Counted from the first letter of the stretch, positions 28,108 through 40,964 are shown. The stretch is DNA of 64,000 nucleotides from a cyanobacterium endosymbiont of Rhopalodia gibba (GCA_045159875.1 CP067995.1:2944001-3008000); one strand, 5' to 3'. Numbers and translations are program-made. The notes: generated by a model not told the origin, from the letters alone.

Positions 28108-28128
28108 TTACTATTCCATAATTTCCAT

Positions 28129-28160
28129 AACCCCTTTCCCGATGTGAAAGGGGTTGTTTT
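28129..28160 (+). terminator. Intrinsic terminator of glsF
   Basis: Stem AACCCCTTTC/GAAAGGGGTT followed by GTTTT. Confidence 0.75.
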
Positions 28161-30313
28161 AAAGTCTGTGATCTATTTTTTAAAAAAAATGCAACAGGTA
28201 AAAAACAATGTTGATCATCAAATTTGATTAAAAAGTGAAAATCAGTTGGAAATAAGAACAAGTTGACACTCATTTATTGAAGAAAAAAGTTGTTTATGAC
28301 TTAAAAGCTTCTACATAGGTAATTGTAAATAACAAAGATAAAATTGAGGAGATAAGTCGTTATGTAAATAACGGTCCTACCATGGTGGCTACTATTATTC
28401 CTATTACGACTTATAATTCTGCGACTGTGCTGATTATCATTTCCGGAGTTCTTCTAAGTTCGGTTTCATAAGATCTTCTTGAAAAGATATGTAAAGATGT
28501 ATAAATTAAACGACAGAAAGTTAGAATAAATTTACCAAGAAAATTGACAGTAAATCAAAACAAGTGTGATCGCTGCTTTCTAGCATAGATTACACTTCTT
28601 TAACACATTGATATTAATATTTATTAATAAATTTAATCGAAGATTAGCTTGGCGTAATCTGTTCTAAATTAGAATCTATCTAGAGTAGATTGGGAAGAGA
28701 TAACACACGAAATTTTTACTCACTTATTTGTCGAGTTTATAGTAAGCCTTACAAGATATTGCAATAATTATTCTTTACTTATCTCTTAGGAAATTTTCCC
28801 CTGCCATTACTATCTCAATCAGTAGGATATATTTTTTAGAGATTAGACAAGAAATATTAGAATAAGGTTAGTCTTCACAGAATTATATATATATTTATAT
28901 GAATAAAATGTAAAGAAAAATTTATTTAATTTCCAATACAATTTTTTTAAAAATAACGTTATTAACGATAATCTTTTTTTTGTTTGCATCTTAACAAGAA
29001 ATTCTTTTGTTCAATTTGTAACTGATCGTCATAATGTTTCATTAGATAAGTTTCAATCAATGTCTGCAAAATGAATTATTATTATAATTTAATGTCTATA
29101 AAGAATGAAAATAGTTGGTTACGATAAAAAAGTATCAAGAGACAAGAGATACCTCTCTCTAATTTTTTTAATAGCTTCTTTTAGAGATTTTCGTACCATC
29201 CTGCTACATAATTATTTTTGCTAATGATAAATCACTTGAATAATAAGATATTTCTTTCCGGACATATATAACCTCTTGAGATTATGATTAACTCTTCAAG
29301 TGTTGTTACTACTCTTGTATTGTACATTAGTTTAATAAGAGGAAACCTAAACAATCACTTTTAAGCCTAGATTTAATGACGATTTCAGAGAATGACGCAA
29401 AAAATAAAACTAATTATCTTTTAGCGCTCAATTCAAAAAGTTAATAAATGTTTCTCTATTAAATTCATAATCACAAAGTATTTTCTGCAATAATTCTCTG
29501 TAAAAATTTTATCTCAAGCTTATTAGTCCTAGTACAGTAACTAATTAACTGCCAGAATGTGTATTACATATACTGGCAGTTAAATTTTAAAACTAATTAT
29601 CACACTGTAATTTTTTGCAATTTTGTTATTAGATAATTATTTTTTAAACTACGATAAATTAGGACATTTAATTAAAGTCTTTTTTCTTTTGATATATTTT
29701 AATAACTTCTTTGAGCCTAAATATGCTCTCGTATAAATAATAATAGGATTAACTTTAATATGATAATACTATGTAACATAGTAACAAGCTTCTAAAAGTA
29801 AATTTATATTTTTAGCTAAATCTAAAAATAGTTTATTATAGGCAATAAAGCTGAAAATAATAAAATTAACTGTATACACTTTTGGCTGTATTCCTAAATC
29901 TAACCTTTAATAATTATTAAATTATTTAAATTCATAATCTCTAATTTTGTAGCGTGATAAATGACTATTTATTTATCTCTCAATTTTATTTTAATTTCCT
30001 AAAAAAGAACTATTTAAAAGTAAAACTATTCATCTGCTTAGTCCCCAGCTTAAAAAGTTTATTTATAACACATTGTGGATCTTAAAAATATTAATAACTA
30101 ATCACTTTTAAAGAGATGCTTTTGCTATTGCTAAAAATGTCATAAAAATACTTCTATTAAACCATCCAACGAGTTGAGAATACATTCTGACGACATTCAG
30201 ATAGAATACTGTTAATATAAAGTTCTTCAACATTTAGATCTTAAATATTGACAAAACTCGATGTCCTTAATGGCATTGGTTTTGTCATGCACTTTGATTG
30301 ATAACCAGAAATT

Positions 30314-31141
30314 ATGACTGGAAAAGTATTTGATGGTAATCCAGCCGCCTTTCTCATTCTTGTCCTTCCTCTAGCGGCAGGGATCGTTATTTTGTATAAA
30401 GCTTGGTTATGGATTTTAGGGGTAGTGGTTTTAACTATCCTCTGGAAAGCTTGGAATAATTACCAATGGCAACAGTGGTGTTTTCAGATTAACCCGGTTT
30501 TTAATGAGTTGCTACAAGTAAACCAGGGATGTCTCACTCCAATGGATTTGTCCTTAAAAGCTAATCTCTCTGCTAGAAGTTCTAACCGATTTCTTTCCAA
30601 GAAAGCTCAGGAATACGGGGCTTATTGCAAAGAATTATCGGATAAAGGTACGGTTTATTATTTCATTACCGCTAGTACTCTAGGTAGTATTTTTGACAAC
30701 AGTGAGCCTGAAGAGTCAGAAGATGTTGACCCCATAGCTAACAGCATTGACTCTGATGTCATGTTAAAAATTCCCAAAACTAAGCAAGATAGACTTTCGG
30801 ACGCAGCGGTAAGGGTTTTTCCTCAACTAGCTGAACTTGAAGAAGAACAACAAAAATTAAGCCAATCCGCTACTAAGATATTTGCTAATCTGGAACTGGA
30901 AACAATTACTCAGACGCACTTAGAACGTTCATTAACCGAAGAGGCATCGGCTAAAATACCTTCTGAATTATCTTTAATCCAAGTAGATTTAGCTAAGCGT
31001 TTGGACACGACCCCAAGTACTATTAGAAGACGAAAAAGCGATCCTAGCTTTCCTCAATGGAGTCAAAGTAAAGATCCCGAAGGAATCGCTTGGAAATATC
31101 TACAAAAATTAAGACTGTTTGTTCCAGTAGATATTAAGTGA
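30314..31141 (+). CDS. Conserved cyanobacterial membrane protein with a C-terminal HTH-like segment
   Basis: Two N-terminal hydrophobic helices; C-terminal LIQVDLAKRLDTTPSTIRRRK...WSQSKDPEGIAW. Confidence 0.75.
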   Translation: MTGKVFDGNPAAFLILVLPLAAGIVILYKAWLWILGVVVLTILWKAWNNYQWQQWCFQINPVFNELLQVNQGCLTPMDLSLKANLSARSSNRFLSKKAQEYGAYCKELSDKGTVYYFITASTLGSIFDNSEPEESEDVDPIANSIDSDVMLKIPKTKQDRLSDAAVRVFPQLAELEEEQQKLSQSATKIFANLELETITQTHLERSLTEEASAKIPSELSLIQVDLAKRLDTTPSTIRRRKSDPSFPQWSQSKDPEGIAWKYLQKLRLFVPVDIK

Positions 31142-31270
31142 TATGTCAACGGGGATGGGGAACAGATAACGATCTAAAACGTTTTCATACAAAAGACATA
31201 AAGTGAAGAAAAACGGTTCCCTGTTTTCGATTCTTTACCTCTACTGAAAACTTTTTGTTACGGATACGAC

Positions 31271-32116
31271 TTAAAGTTTTGGTAAATGAGTCACTGGATC
31301 TTGAGCAACCCAACCTACGGGGAACTTATAACGAACTTCAAAGTGTAGATGAGATTCTAATAAGTCTGGCCGTCCTGTTTTTCCTACAAGTCCTACTACA
31401 TCTCCTCCTTGAACTGTCTGACCTATCTTTACCTGAAACCGATTTAAATGAGCATAACGGGTCTGTCTGTCATCACCATGGTTTACTACAACTAAAAACC
31501 CATATGTTCCTTCCTGAGCGGCAAATACTACTTTTCCGGTATCAGCGGCCAGGACTGAAGTTCCTTCCTGAGCTAATAAATCGATTCCTCCATGAAAAAA
31601 AGATTGCCTTGTTGTTGGATTACGGTGCCATCCATAGGTTAACCCTACCCTAGCAGGGAAGGGTAAGGGATATTTCTCAAGTCCCATATAGTCTTTTTGC
31701 CTAGTTTTTTCTCCAATCTGCCAATTTATCCCAGGAATATATACCACAGTAGGAATTTTGACACAACCATTAATTTCAAAAAGTACATCAGCACGAATAC
31801 CATAAGCTGTAGCTAAATCGCTCCAAGTCGCTCCACTAGGAACTTCTATTCGAATTCCATTAAACGGAGGAATTAGAACTTTCTGCCCGACCCGAACTGA
31901 TCTTTTTTTTAGATTTGGATTAAGTCTTATTAAAGTTTCGGGAATTAAATTATAATTTTGAGCGATACTAGATAGGCTTTCTCCTGAAACAACTTGATGA
32001 TGTTGCAGACGAGATAAAACTGGAGTAGGACACAGTTGAGATGATGATGTTTGGGCTAAATTAAAAATAGGAGGAATTACAGAGACTAGGAGGATTAACA
32101 GCAGCTGACTACTCAC
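31271..32116 (-). CDS. LysM / M23 family peptidoglycan DD-metalloendopeptidase
   Basis: LysM motif HQVVSGESLSSIAQNY; M23 motifs HGGIDL, TRYAHL and HLHFEVR. Confidence 0.92.
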   Translation of the reverse strand: MSSQLLLILLVSVIPPIFNLAQTSSSQLCPTPVLSRLQHHQVVSGESLSSIAQNYNLIPETLIRLNPNLKKRSVRVGQKVLIPPFNGIRIEVPSGATWSDLATAYGIRADVLFEINGCVKIPTVVYIPGINWQIGEKTRQKDYMGLEKYPLPFPARVGLTYGWHRNPTTRQSFFHGGIDLLAQEGTSVLAADTGKVVFAAQEGTYGFLVVVNHGDDRQTRYAHLNRFQVKIGQTVQGGDVVGLVGKTGRPDLLESHLHFEVRYKFPVGWVAQDPVTHLPKL

Positions 32117-32120
32117 AGCA

Positions 32121-33422
32121 CTACAAAACTCGTAAAATACTAGGGATGCTTTTGATTGCCTCTAGGGTACGGACTTCATCTAAAGCAGTTCGGAAATTTC
32201 CTTCACAAACATAGTGAGTAACAACCACGATTTCTGATAGTTCCTCTTTAAACCCAATTTGGACTACAGACTCTAAACTTACTTGATAGTTCCCAAAACT
32301 CGTTCCGAGATGACCGATTACTCCTGGGACGTCTTTAGTCAGAAAACGAACATAAAAACGAGTTTCAATGGCTTCTATTGGGGTAATTTGACAATAATGC
32401 TGATGAGTACAACTCAATAAAGGGTCAAGAATTTGGGTATGATTATTGCTTTTGAGTATGGCCACAATATTCATAATATCTGAAACAACTGCGCTTGCTG
32501 TAGGACCGGCCCCTGCCCCTGGACCATAAAACATAACTTGTCCGAGAGGATCGCCTTCAACTAAAATAGCATTGTTTACTCCGTCAACACTGGCTAAGGG
32601 ATGGGATTTAGGCACTAAGGTAGGATGAACCCGTAGTTGAAGGATCTGCGATTCTGTTCCTTGTGATCCTTTGGCGATTGCCAGAAGTTTAATCACAAAC
32701 CCTAATTTATCTGCATAGGCGATATCGATTGTACTCACTTGGCGAATTCCCTCACAGTAGACACTCTCGCGTTGTATCCGTCCACCAAATCCTAGAGAGG
32801 CTAAAATGGCAATTTTATCAGCCGCATCCAATCCATCTACATCGGCAGTGGGATCAGCTTCAGCATAGCCCAACTGTTGCGCTTCGATTAAGACATCACT
32901 AAAATCAGCTCCGGCGGTAGTCATTTTGCTCAGAATATAATTAGTGGTTCCGTTCACAATGCCAATAATACTGGTGATGCGGTTTGCTCCCAAAGACTGT
33001 TTAAGAGGTTTAATAATAGGAATTCCGCCACCAACAGATGCTTCTAGAAGAACATACACCCCTGCACGATTGGCTGCTTTATAAATCTCGTCCCCGTGAC
33101 GGGCAATAACCGCTTTATTGGCGGTAACAACGTGTTTTCCTTGGTTAATTGCTTGTAAAATTAATGCTCGTGCTGGTTCTAGTCCCCCTAATAATTCCAC
33201 CACGATGTTAATCTCAGGATTAGTAACAATGGCTTCTAGGTTTGTGGTGATTACTCCTGGGGAAAATTTAATTGGACGAATTTTTTCTAGCGATCTTACC
33301 CCTACCTGACTGACAACAATTTCTTTCAACAGAGGATTTCGCCCTGAGGAATCAAGCAATATCTGGGCGGTTCCTACCCCTACCGTTCCTAAACCTAGTA
33401 AACCAATCTTAAAGGTCACCAC
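32121..33422 (-). CDS. hom: Homoserine dehydrogenase with ACT domain
   Basis: Motifs GLGTVG, VVTANKA, EASVGGGIP, GYAEADPTADVDG and GPGAG. Confidence 0.96.
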   Translation of the reverse strand: MVTFKIGLLGLGTVGVGTAQILLDSSGRNPLLKEIVVSQVGVRSLEKIRPIKFSPGVITTNLEAIVTNPEINIVVELLGGLEPARALILQAINQGKHVVTANKAVIARHGDEIYKAANRAGVYVLLEASVGGGIPIIKPLKQSLGANRITSIIGIVNGTTNYILSKMTTAGADFSDVLIEAQQLGYAEADPTADVDGLDAADKIAILASLGFGGRIQRESVYCEGIRQVSTIDIAYADKLGFVIKLLAIAKGSQGTESQILQLRVHPTLVPKSHPLASVDGVNNAILVEGDPLGQVMFYGPGAGAGPTASAVVSDIMNIVAILKSNNHTQILDPLLSCTHQHYCQITPIEAIETRFYVRFLTKDVPGVIGHLGTSFGNYQVSLESVVQIGFKEELSEIVVVTHYVCEGNFRTALDEVRTLEAIKSIPSILRVL

Positions 33423-33752
33423 CGTACTCCTAATCGTCCTTGTCTTTAAATCTAGATTAACGGTTTTTGGTAGTAGTTTCTTAAGAATTTAGAATTTTCA
33501 GGGACGAATTAAGACATTTTGACTTGATCAATTCATTATTAATAATTATTCAGCCGTTCATATTTTCATATAAAAGCAGAGAACGACAAACCATTCACTT
33601 CCACTGCAAACAGTAATATAAACCAAGCTATCAGAACTGCAATCAAACTGTTAATAAACTAAACATTATAGTAGAGGGTGTTAGGGCAATCGTTTTCATA
33701 GCAATCTAAACTAAGTCCCTCTCACTAATGAATTCTATAATTTTAATTAATT

Positions 33753-35789
33753 TTATTTCCAATTATCCCAATTATTATTAAAAATAGAAGTATCTGGAAA
33801 ACTTGTAAAGTTACTATTCTTATCCAATTTTTTTCGCAATTTCTTTAATTTTTCTGAACGAAAGATTGGTTCTTTAAGCATTTGATACGGTAAAGTTTGT
33901 TGATTTAAAGCAAAAGCTGCGACGGTTCCAGCGGCCGCTCCTGAAGACCATTCAAACGAATGTACTCGATAAGCTGCAGCTGCAATATGACTCACGGCAA
34001 TACTCTTCCCTGTTACCAACAAATTATCAAGTTTTTGGGGAATCATTGCCCTTAAAGGTACTTGAAAGGGGTAAGCTTGTCCAGCACCTTGTCTTTCTCC
34101 TTTTCGTTCAGTGTTTTTGGGTTTTTCTGCAGGAAATTCAGTCATGCAAGGGTGAAAATCAATAGCATAATGACCTATTCCTACCGAGTCAGGATAAATG
34201 GTAGACCGCTTCCGTCTTGTTACGTCAGTGGGATCAATTCTTCCATTCAAAATTCCGAAACCTTCCCATCGTCGAATAGTTGCATGAAGACGACGATAAG
34301 TGTCAGGAGAAAGAGTTTTTTTGTAAAATTCATCTTGATAATTACGTCTAGAAATATCAATTTCTGTTATAAAAAAACCATTTTTATAAGCGGAAGATTT
34401 ACGCCCAATAATGCGCCTTGCTTCGCGAATATAAGGATATTTAGATAGCCCATGTTGAGTTCCCATCGGAGATTCAAAACCTAATAAAAAACTATGATTC
34501 GTATTAATTTTTTTAACTCCTTCTCCTAATTGAGAATCTGTAGTTCCCTTCATTAACCAATAAAAATATCCTAAGGCGTTTTCTTCTCCTTTGCGTAGGG
34601 ACTCAGTCCTTAGTCCTCCCATCCATTGTCCAGATTTTAGTTGTCCAGTCTCTTGCAATTGTTGACGGGTATAGATTAGGTTATCTTGAGGATTGCCTGG
34701 ACGATAATCATTACCCCAAGTCCAATTTTGCATAGAGATATCTCCAGGAGTGGGAACAGTAAAACTAATCCCCCCAAACTTTTTGAGGTTTCCTTTTTTT
34801 TGATTCCAAATTCGTCGATAAGTATAAACTAAATCGAAGTCAGCTAACCGTTCTAATTCATAACTATAATAAGGGGCATATTGTGAATAGAAACTTGGCA
34901 TTTTGTGCGTTTGAGATTCCTTCATGGTTTCCATCGCAAAAGTGTAAGTAAACCCTTGAGTACAGTAAGGATTACCTGCAACGCTTGATGAAGAAGGTTC
35001 AAGATAGGAACGAGGATCAATCCCTAAACGGTGAGGAATACCCGTTAAACCGATGATTTCCCCTGTTTCTGTAGCTTCTATAACATACCAGTCTGCGGGT
35101 TCTTTTTTGTTATTTTTGTCGGGAATAAAACGAATAATAATTTTGTTAAAGCGAGAAGAGTCTTCGTAACGGTAAGCGTCTTCAATGGTTTGTGAGAGGG
35201 GATAAGTATTAAGAGGAGGTTGACCATCAGCTGATTGATGCTGAATAGCAATCATACTTAAAATTTGTTCTCCTGTTCCTCCTCGAGGGTTTTTACCAAT
35301 GTTTATATCTTTAATGACTGTTGAAGGAAACCATTTTATAGTTCCATTGTGTTTATTAGCTGCATCTTCTAACATCCTCATTAAAATGAGATGACCGTCT
35401 TTTGGCAAAAAACAGGATTCACTTACCCAACAGTCTCCAGGATTGAGCTTGCCATAATGCTGTTTAATACGTTTTCTCAATTCTAGATAACCACGGGGGT
35501 AAATTAACTGTGATCGCTGGGTTTGTCGTTCGTCTAAAGCTGAAGTTCCTTGAGCCGAAATTTGCCCTCCCACCCAGTCAGTAATTTCAGTAAGACAGAC
35601 AGTTTTCCCGTCCAGTAAACTTTCATAAGCTGCAGCTGTTCCGGCAAGTCCTCCCCCAACAATCAATATTCCACATTTAATGGTTTTATCGGGAGTACGA
35701 GGAGGGTTAGCAAGAGTCAAAGGAACAGTAATTTGTCCTAGAATGAGGCTGAGAGACAATGTAGCTAAATAGCGGGAAATTTCGTGCAT
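33753..35789 (-). CDS. Exported FAD-dependent oxidoreductase
   Basis: Signal peptide, IVGGGLAG, GGQISAQG, PYIREARRI and FQVPLRAMIP...NLLVTGKSI. Confidence 0.85.
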   Translation of the reverse strand: MHEISRYLATLSLSLILGQITVPLTLANPPRTPDKTIKCGILIVGGGLAGTAAAYESLLDGKTVCLTEITDWVGGQISAQGTSALDERQTQRSQLIYPRGYLELRKRIKQHYGKLNPGDCWVSESCFLPKDGHLILMRMLEDAANKHNGTIKWFPSTVIKDINIGKNPRGGTGEQILSMIAIQHQSADGQPPLNTYPLSQTIEDAYRYEDSSRFNKIIIRFIPDKNNKKEPADWYVIEATETGEIIGLTGIPHRLGIDPRSYLEPSSSSVAGNPYCTQGFTYTFAMETMKESQTHKMPSFYSQYAPYYSYELERLADFDLVYTYRRIWNQKKGNLKKFGGISFTVPTPGDISMQNWTWGNDYRPGNPQDNLIYTRQQLQETGQLKSGQWMGGLRTESLRKGEENALGYFYWLMKGTTDSQLGEGVKKINTNHSFLLGFESPMGTQHGLSKYPYIREARRIIGRKSSAYKNGFFITEIDISRRNYQDEFYKKTLSPDTYRRLHATIRRWEGFGILNGRIDPTDVTRRKRSTIYPDSVGIGHYAIDFHPCMTEFPAEKPKNTERKGERQGAGQAYPFQVPLRAMIPQKLDNLLVTGKSIAVSHIAAAAYRVHSFEWSSGAAAGTVAAFALNQQTLPYQMLKEPIFRSEKLKKLRKKLDKNSNFTSFPDTSIFNNNWDNWK

Positions 35790-37028
35790 TATTTATGTGT
35801 TCTTTATAAGAAATAGATAAGTTAGATTAACTAATTAGGAAATAATCTCTATTATAGTTAGGAATGAGTATACATTAATTCCTGTTTCCTATTGATACTA
35901 AAATCCTTTCTTGAGCTTGGTATAAAGATAACTAATCGGTAAATACTTTATTTTTTCTCAAAAATATATCTAATCTAGATCATAGATTAAATCTCAATCA
36001 GAGACGAATCCAAGCAACAGGATACTTTAAATTTTTATCGTCAATTCAAAGCAGGTAAAGTCTTTCAAGAATTCTTATCTTAAATAGTAAATTAGGAAGA
36101 AAATTGACTATAAGTTTTCACCTTTTATGTTTTCTAATTATTATTTATGTTAACTCCTACAAATCGCCCGGTCATAATTTTTTTAACAAAAATTATGATT
36201 ACCAGTAGCTGAAAATTATATTTGGTGATAGACCTAAAGAAGTTTTTGATATAAAATGCGATTAATTGGCTGAATCAAGATTCATAATTCAAAATTTAAG
36301 AGACTTTTTCTGTAATCAATAAAAATAATTTTGGGAAGAGGAAAAGTTAATATCTTCTTTTCTATAAACGCTGATTATTATAAGGTTTTTTTGCTAACAG
36401 AGAAATTCTATCTTAAGCAAAATTAATAAATATTTCTATTTTTTATCAACAATTTTTTTAGTTAACATCTTTTATATACTCGTTAACTAACTCTATTTTA
36501 GTAGTTTCTAATTGGAAGCCTTTAGAGGTACGAACAACAGTAGCTCTTATAGAAATTTCCTATGTATATTCTAAGTTATCTTTAAACTTAATCTCAATTA
36601 AATACCTTATCTTAAGTTTACTTTTCTGTAATAGAGATAGAGTTAAACTCCTAATTAAATTTCTTGTCAGTTTTTGTCAACCAAAACCGATTCTAACCTT
36701 TAGTCCTCTAAATTACCTTGGCTATCAAACTGACTAAAAATCGGCAGTATAATGACTTTGATTAGCAGTAATCAAGATATATTTTATCTTCTTTAAATGA
36801 ATAGAAGAGTTGTTATAGTTTGACAGGAACATGGTTTTAGAACTGACCAAGAAAGAGACACTACACTTAATATCAAGTCATTCTCAACAAGGAGTTCATC
36901 TTAGCACATACTAGAGTACTACTATGAAATGCAAATCTTAAAATATTCTTCTGATGTTTTACTTCAACAGAAGTTTTTAGGCTAAGTAAAAGGACATAGA
37001 TATAGTAGCATCTGTGGGGGTAAATTAG

Positions 37029-37286
37029 TTAATCTGAAACAATAAAACTAAGATAATATTCGTTAACTAGAGTTGTCACTAGTTGAGAAAATAATTGATG
37101 ATTGATCCATAACCGTTCAGTTTCTGCAACAGCAGCAGTTATCATCCATATTGTTTCTGTGTACTCTTGAGAAGAAATGAGACCGGTGTTCCGAGCAATA
37201 TTAAGCTCGAGATACTCATTGGCTGTTTCTGGTTGAATTTGGTAGATTATTGCTTGTAGCTGAACATGCGCTTTTAAACTCTTCAT
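37029..37286 (-). CDS. Small hypothetical protein
   Basis: 85-aa intact ORF with protein-like composition and higher GC than its flanks. Confidence 0.65.
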   Translation of the reverse strand: MKSLKAHVQLQAIIYQIQPETANEYLELNIARNTGLISSQEYTETIWMITAAVAETERLWINHQLFSQLVTTLVNEYYLSFIVSD

Positions 37287-37729
37287 AATCGGTTTTAAGA
37301 TGAATGTTATCGGTTAGAATCGATAAACTTGGGTAATGAACAAATTACTTCTTATTTTCTCTAAAATCCTAGCAGTTAACCTCACCTTATAGCATGAACC
37401 AATAAGTGGATTTTAAAGGAAGTCTAACAAAGAACTACTCTGTTGTAAGAACTGTCCATGGATAGTAGAGCAATATTGGATCTTAGAGCAACAATTTCTC
37501 TAATTCCTTTGAGGGCTTATGGAGTATTTCAGCAAAGATGACTGATTATCTTCAGTATGTTCTCTGAACTCCATTACCTTAGTACACCACCAAAAAATAA
37601 GTTTAAAAAAATTAAAGTGACAGAATTTTTAGTGCACACTAAAAGTAAATAAATGAGTGGAAATTACTGAAAAATTCTATTAACTAATGATGATTAAATT
37701 AATATTTAACATTTAACTGAAATTTTTAA

Positions 37730-39250
37730 GAAACTATAGGAAGTTTGCGGAGCAATCAAAAAGTAGCTAAATATTGTTTGTATTTTGCACTAGAGGTCTG
37801 TCAATTAAAATTAGAAAAAAAAATTAGTTAGTAAAATAGATAATATTCTCTATTTTAAAGGGAATAATCTGAATTTAGCGACTATTTAAAAAGGAGGGTT
37901 TTCTCCAGCCTGCGTCACCCATTTTCTCAAATTAACCAAATTTTTAGTCTTGTCAGACTTCTAGATAATAAATGAACTAAAAACTCAAGTTACTTATGCA
38001 AGTGTACTATCTCCATGAGTAGAAACTGTTCTTTATATAATTTTTCTCTACAAATAGGTTGAGCATACGCACCCAGATGTCGCTGATACCTCCACTGGTT
38101 GAGGACGAACGTAAAAAATTTACAGTAATCGCGTGGTTTTTATCTCTTACATTATGCTTTAGTTTTATTTAGTCTGTTTTTGCGCATAAAAATTTACTGC
38201 TAATGTTTGAGAACAAACTATTAGCCTGGTATTGATAGATTATGGTATTTTTTGTTTTTGGGAAAGTACTCAAAAATTCTATCAACAAATGATTAAATTA
38301 GTCAGTTAAGTCAAGAACCATTTTTACAAAAATGAGGGAAGTTTTTTAAGCTTTTGTTATTGAACATTCAAAACCTCTTAAGTCTTCCAATCAACAGGAT
38401 TTTCCGTGATTGCATCCTTGCATCGTAATCTCAAAACTTTTGTATTTGCCTAACGTGGAGATATTGAAGAGTTATCCGAACAAGGACCGGTAACTCTTGA
38501 GCATGTTGTCATTCGGAATAAAGCGTTAATCTTTATTGGAACCAGAGGTGGAAAGATGTATCAGACGATTATCAACAGTATTCTAAGCTCCATGTCATCT
38601 TAATGAAAGCTCTTAAAACCATCGGAGATCTTAGCTCTGTGAGTAGTTCTAGATAACGAATTGGGAACATATACAATTTATATTACTCAATATATCACTC
38701 AATATATCAGCTACATTAGCCGATATTTACTATCTTAACGATTAAGATTATTGAACAGGCGATAGTTTTGAGAAAATATCGATTCTTAAATCTCCAAGAT
38801 ATTTTTGAATATAAAGTATTAGGAAATAGAAACAGGTTAAATTAGCTAAGGATAGTAAAATTTTAATCTTTACAGGTCAAGCCACCTTAGTGACGAGGCT
38901 GTATTAGGAATTGGTAAGGCTAGTATTGAGTTGCTCTTACAATGGGGTAGCTGTTGTGAGACTTTATATTAAAATCGCAGATCTATATAAGTATCCTAAT
39001 TTTTTTGTAACTTATTGTAATTTAACCTATGAAACAGTCATTCAAACTGTTTTAAAAAAAGCTATTGGTAAGTTTAGTGGTTTATACATGTTAATCCTCA
39101 AGGAGGGAATCTTTCCCTTAGGTTTTGAGATTAAGAATTTTTCTGCCAACATTTAGGATAAAGTTATTGGGATTAATTAAAATGTTAATTTAGTTTTTAT
39201 GCGTGAGTATTACCCATCTTTGAGATTGGCTCTCAAAAATACTCAAGCTG
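37730..39250 (+). pseudogene. Bifunctional class II aldolase / short-chain dehydrogenase pseudogene
   Basis: Collinear fragments LYFKGNNLNLATI*KGGFSP, SP*VETVLYIIFLYK*VEHTHPD, EELSEQGPVTLEHVVI, FTGQATLVT..LGIGKASIE, KFSGLYMLILKEGIFP and VNLVFMREYYPSLRLA. Confidence 0.8.
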
Positions 39251-40964
39251 TTATCTTTCGCTAAATCAGTTAAGTCATGTAAAAATTTTCTAATAAAAAA
39301 AGAATAAGATATATTTTTATTTGATTTATATCAAAATAATGCTTAATATAAATATTGTAAATAGATAAATTGTAAGCAATTATGTAATATATTATGATTT
39401 TTTTAAAAAAATAATTACAAATTATAAGTTGAGACTGTTATTTGATATTTGGCTAAATTATTTATGTATATATAAGTAGTTTTTAAAAATTACAGTAGTA
39501 TAAATTCTTAATTAATAGGAGATAAACGAAGATTTTAAAATCATAATTTTTATAAAATCCACAAGTATAAAATTAATATTTTCTTTAAAAAAAGATTAAT
39601 TTATCAATAGTTAAATTGATAAATTAATCAACCAATGTTTTTTTTTAAACCAAAGAAGTTCTGAAAGATATTGAGAATAAATCTAGCAGGATAGTTCATA
39701 AATTAGATAATTTTTACAAAAATTTTACAGACCCAAAAGCAAGGGAAGCTAAGTTAACAAAGAAAGTTATATGCATGGATGAGTAACTCAAAAAAGTCGA
39801 AAGAACTCAAAAAATTAGGTTTTAACATTAATTGTTCTATTGGCTATTGGTATGAGTAAGATAAAATTAAAGTTATTTTTTACTGCCAATCGCTAGTAAA
39901 AGTGAGTTCAGTTTAGGAACTATAGACTATACCAATTAATTATTGAATATTAATCATCACAATTTAACAAAAAAGCTATAAATTAAACGGGAAATGTACT
40001 TGTCAGTACTTAGTTCAAATCTCAGGTATATGTCCTCAATAATTGGCAATTATTAAAGCACTCTTGAACTCAGTATTTTTATTTAAAAAATTTTAAATAA
40101 AAATCTGATAAATTAACAGATAATTGAAGTATATTATTTTTAATTATCAATCAAAGTTTAAAACTATAAATAAAAGAGGTAATCACTATTTTCATATTCT
40201 AATGTCCTTGTATTTTTTAAAAATCCTGAATAAACTGGAGCAATAATGAGAATGTATTATCTTCCGATTCTATTAAGGAGGATACAATGTCCCTCGCAAA
40301 GTTAAAGAGAAATTCATTAATGGGCAACCTACCTCCGTAAAAGCTATTTTAATTATGAACACTCTAAATGAGTGAGAACATTTTATGTATTTTATCAAAT
40401 GATATGTTCAAGAGAAAGAACTTGAGTTTAGCAAAAATTGGTTTATTTTGAGAGAATAAAATTTATATATTGATCAATCTTCTCTTCAAGGAGAAAATCA
40501 AATAGTTAATAAGTATATTTTTAATACTTAGCATAATTCACCTATTAACTGTTTAACGCTCATTCTTCATCCAGACTCAAAAATTTTCCTGTGGAATGTA
40601 CCATGATTACTGTTAACGATACTTGTATGGCTGAAACTGAACTACAGCAATGAATTCATTAAGCGAAGTCTAAAAAATGCTGTTCATGAAGTAATTAATC
40701 ATTGAATGTATTATCCTAAATTCAGTTCTTCTGAAGAGAAGAACTAGAATTGCGTAGCAAGGTACAACTTACGATAGATGCTGTAGAAGTTTTATTGAAC
40801 AGCACTTTACCAGTATTTGGGAAACTATTTCAATTTTTAATATACTAAAAAATAGGTTTACTAGCTATAGTATTGAAGATGATCTTAAGTGTTCATAAAC
40901 ACCTTTTATTTTTTTTATAAGTAAAAGATTATTGACTTGTCAATAATCTTTTACTTACTTGTGA

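Noticed and set aside
28330..28580. Protein-like fragments in spacers (also near 2820-3070, 17700-17870, 20600-20730, 40230-40820 and 45780-45910)
   Set aside because: Probably pseudogene debris, but I could not assign families; needs a frameshift-aware search.
38911..39156. 81-aa ORF as an independent gene (likewise 58782..59141 and 17299..17544)
   Set aside because: These are internal fragments of the aldolase/SDR, GH57 and IS630 pseudogenes.
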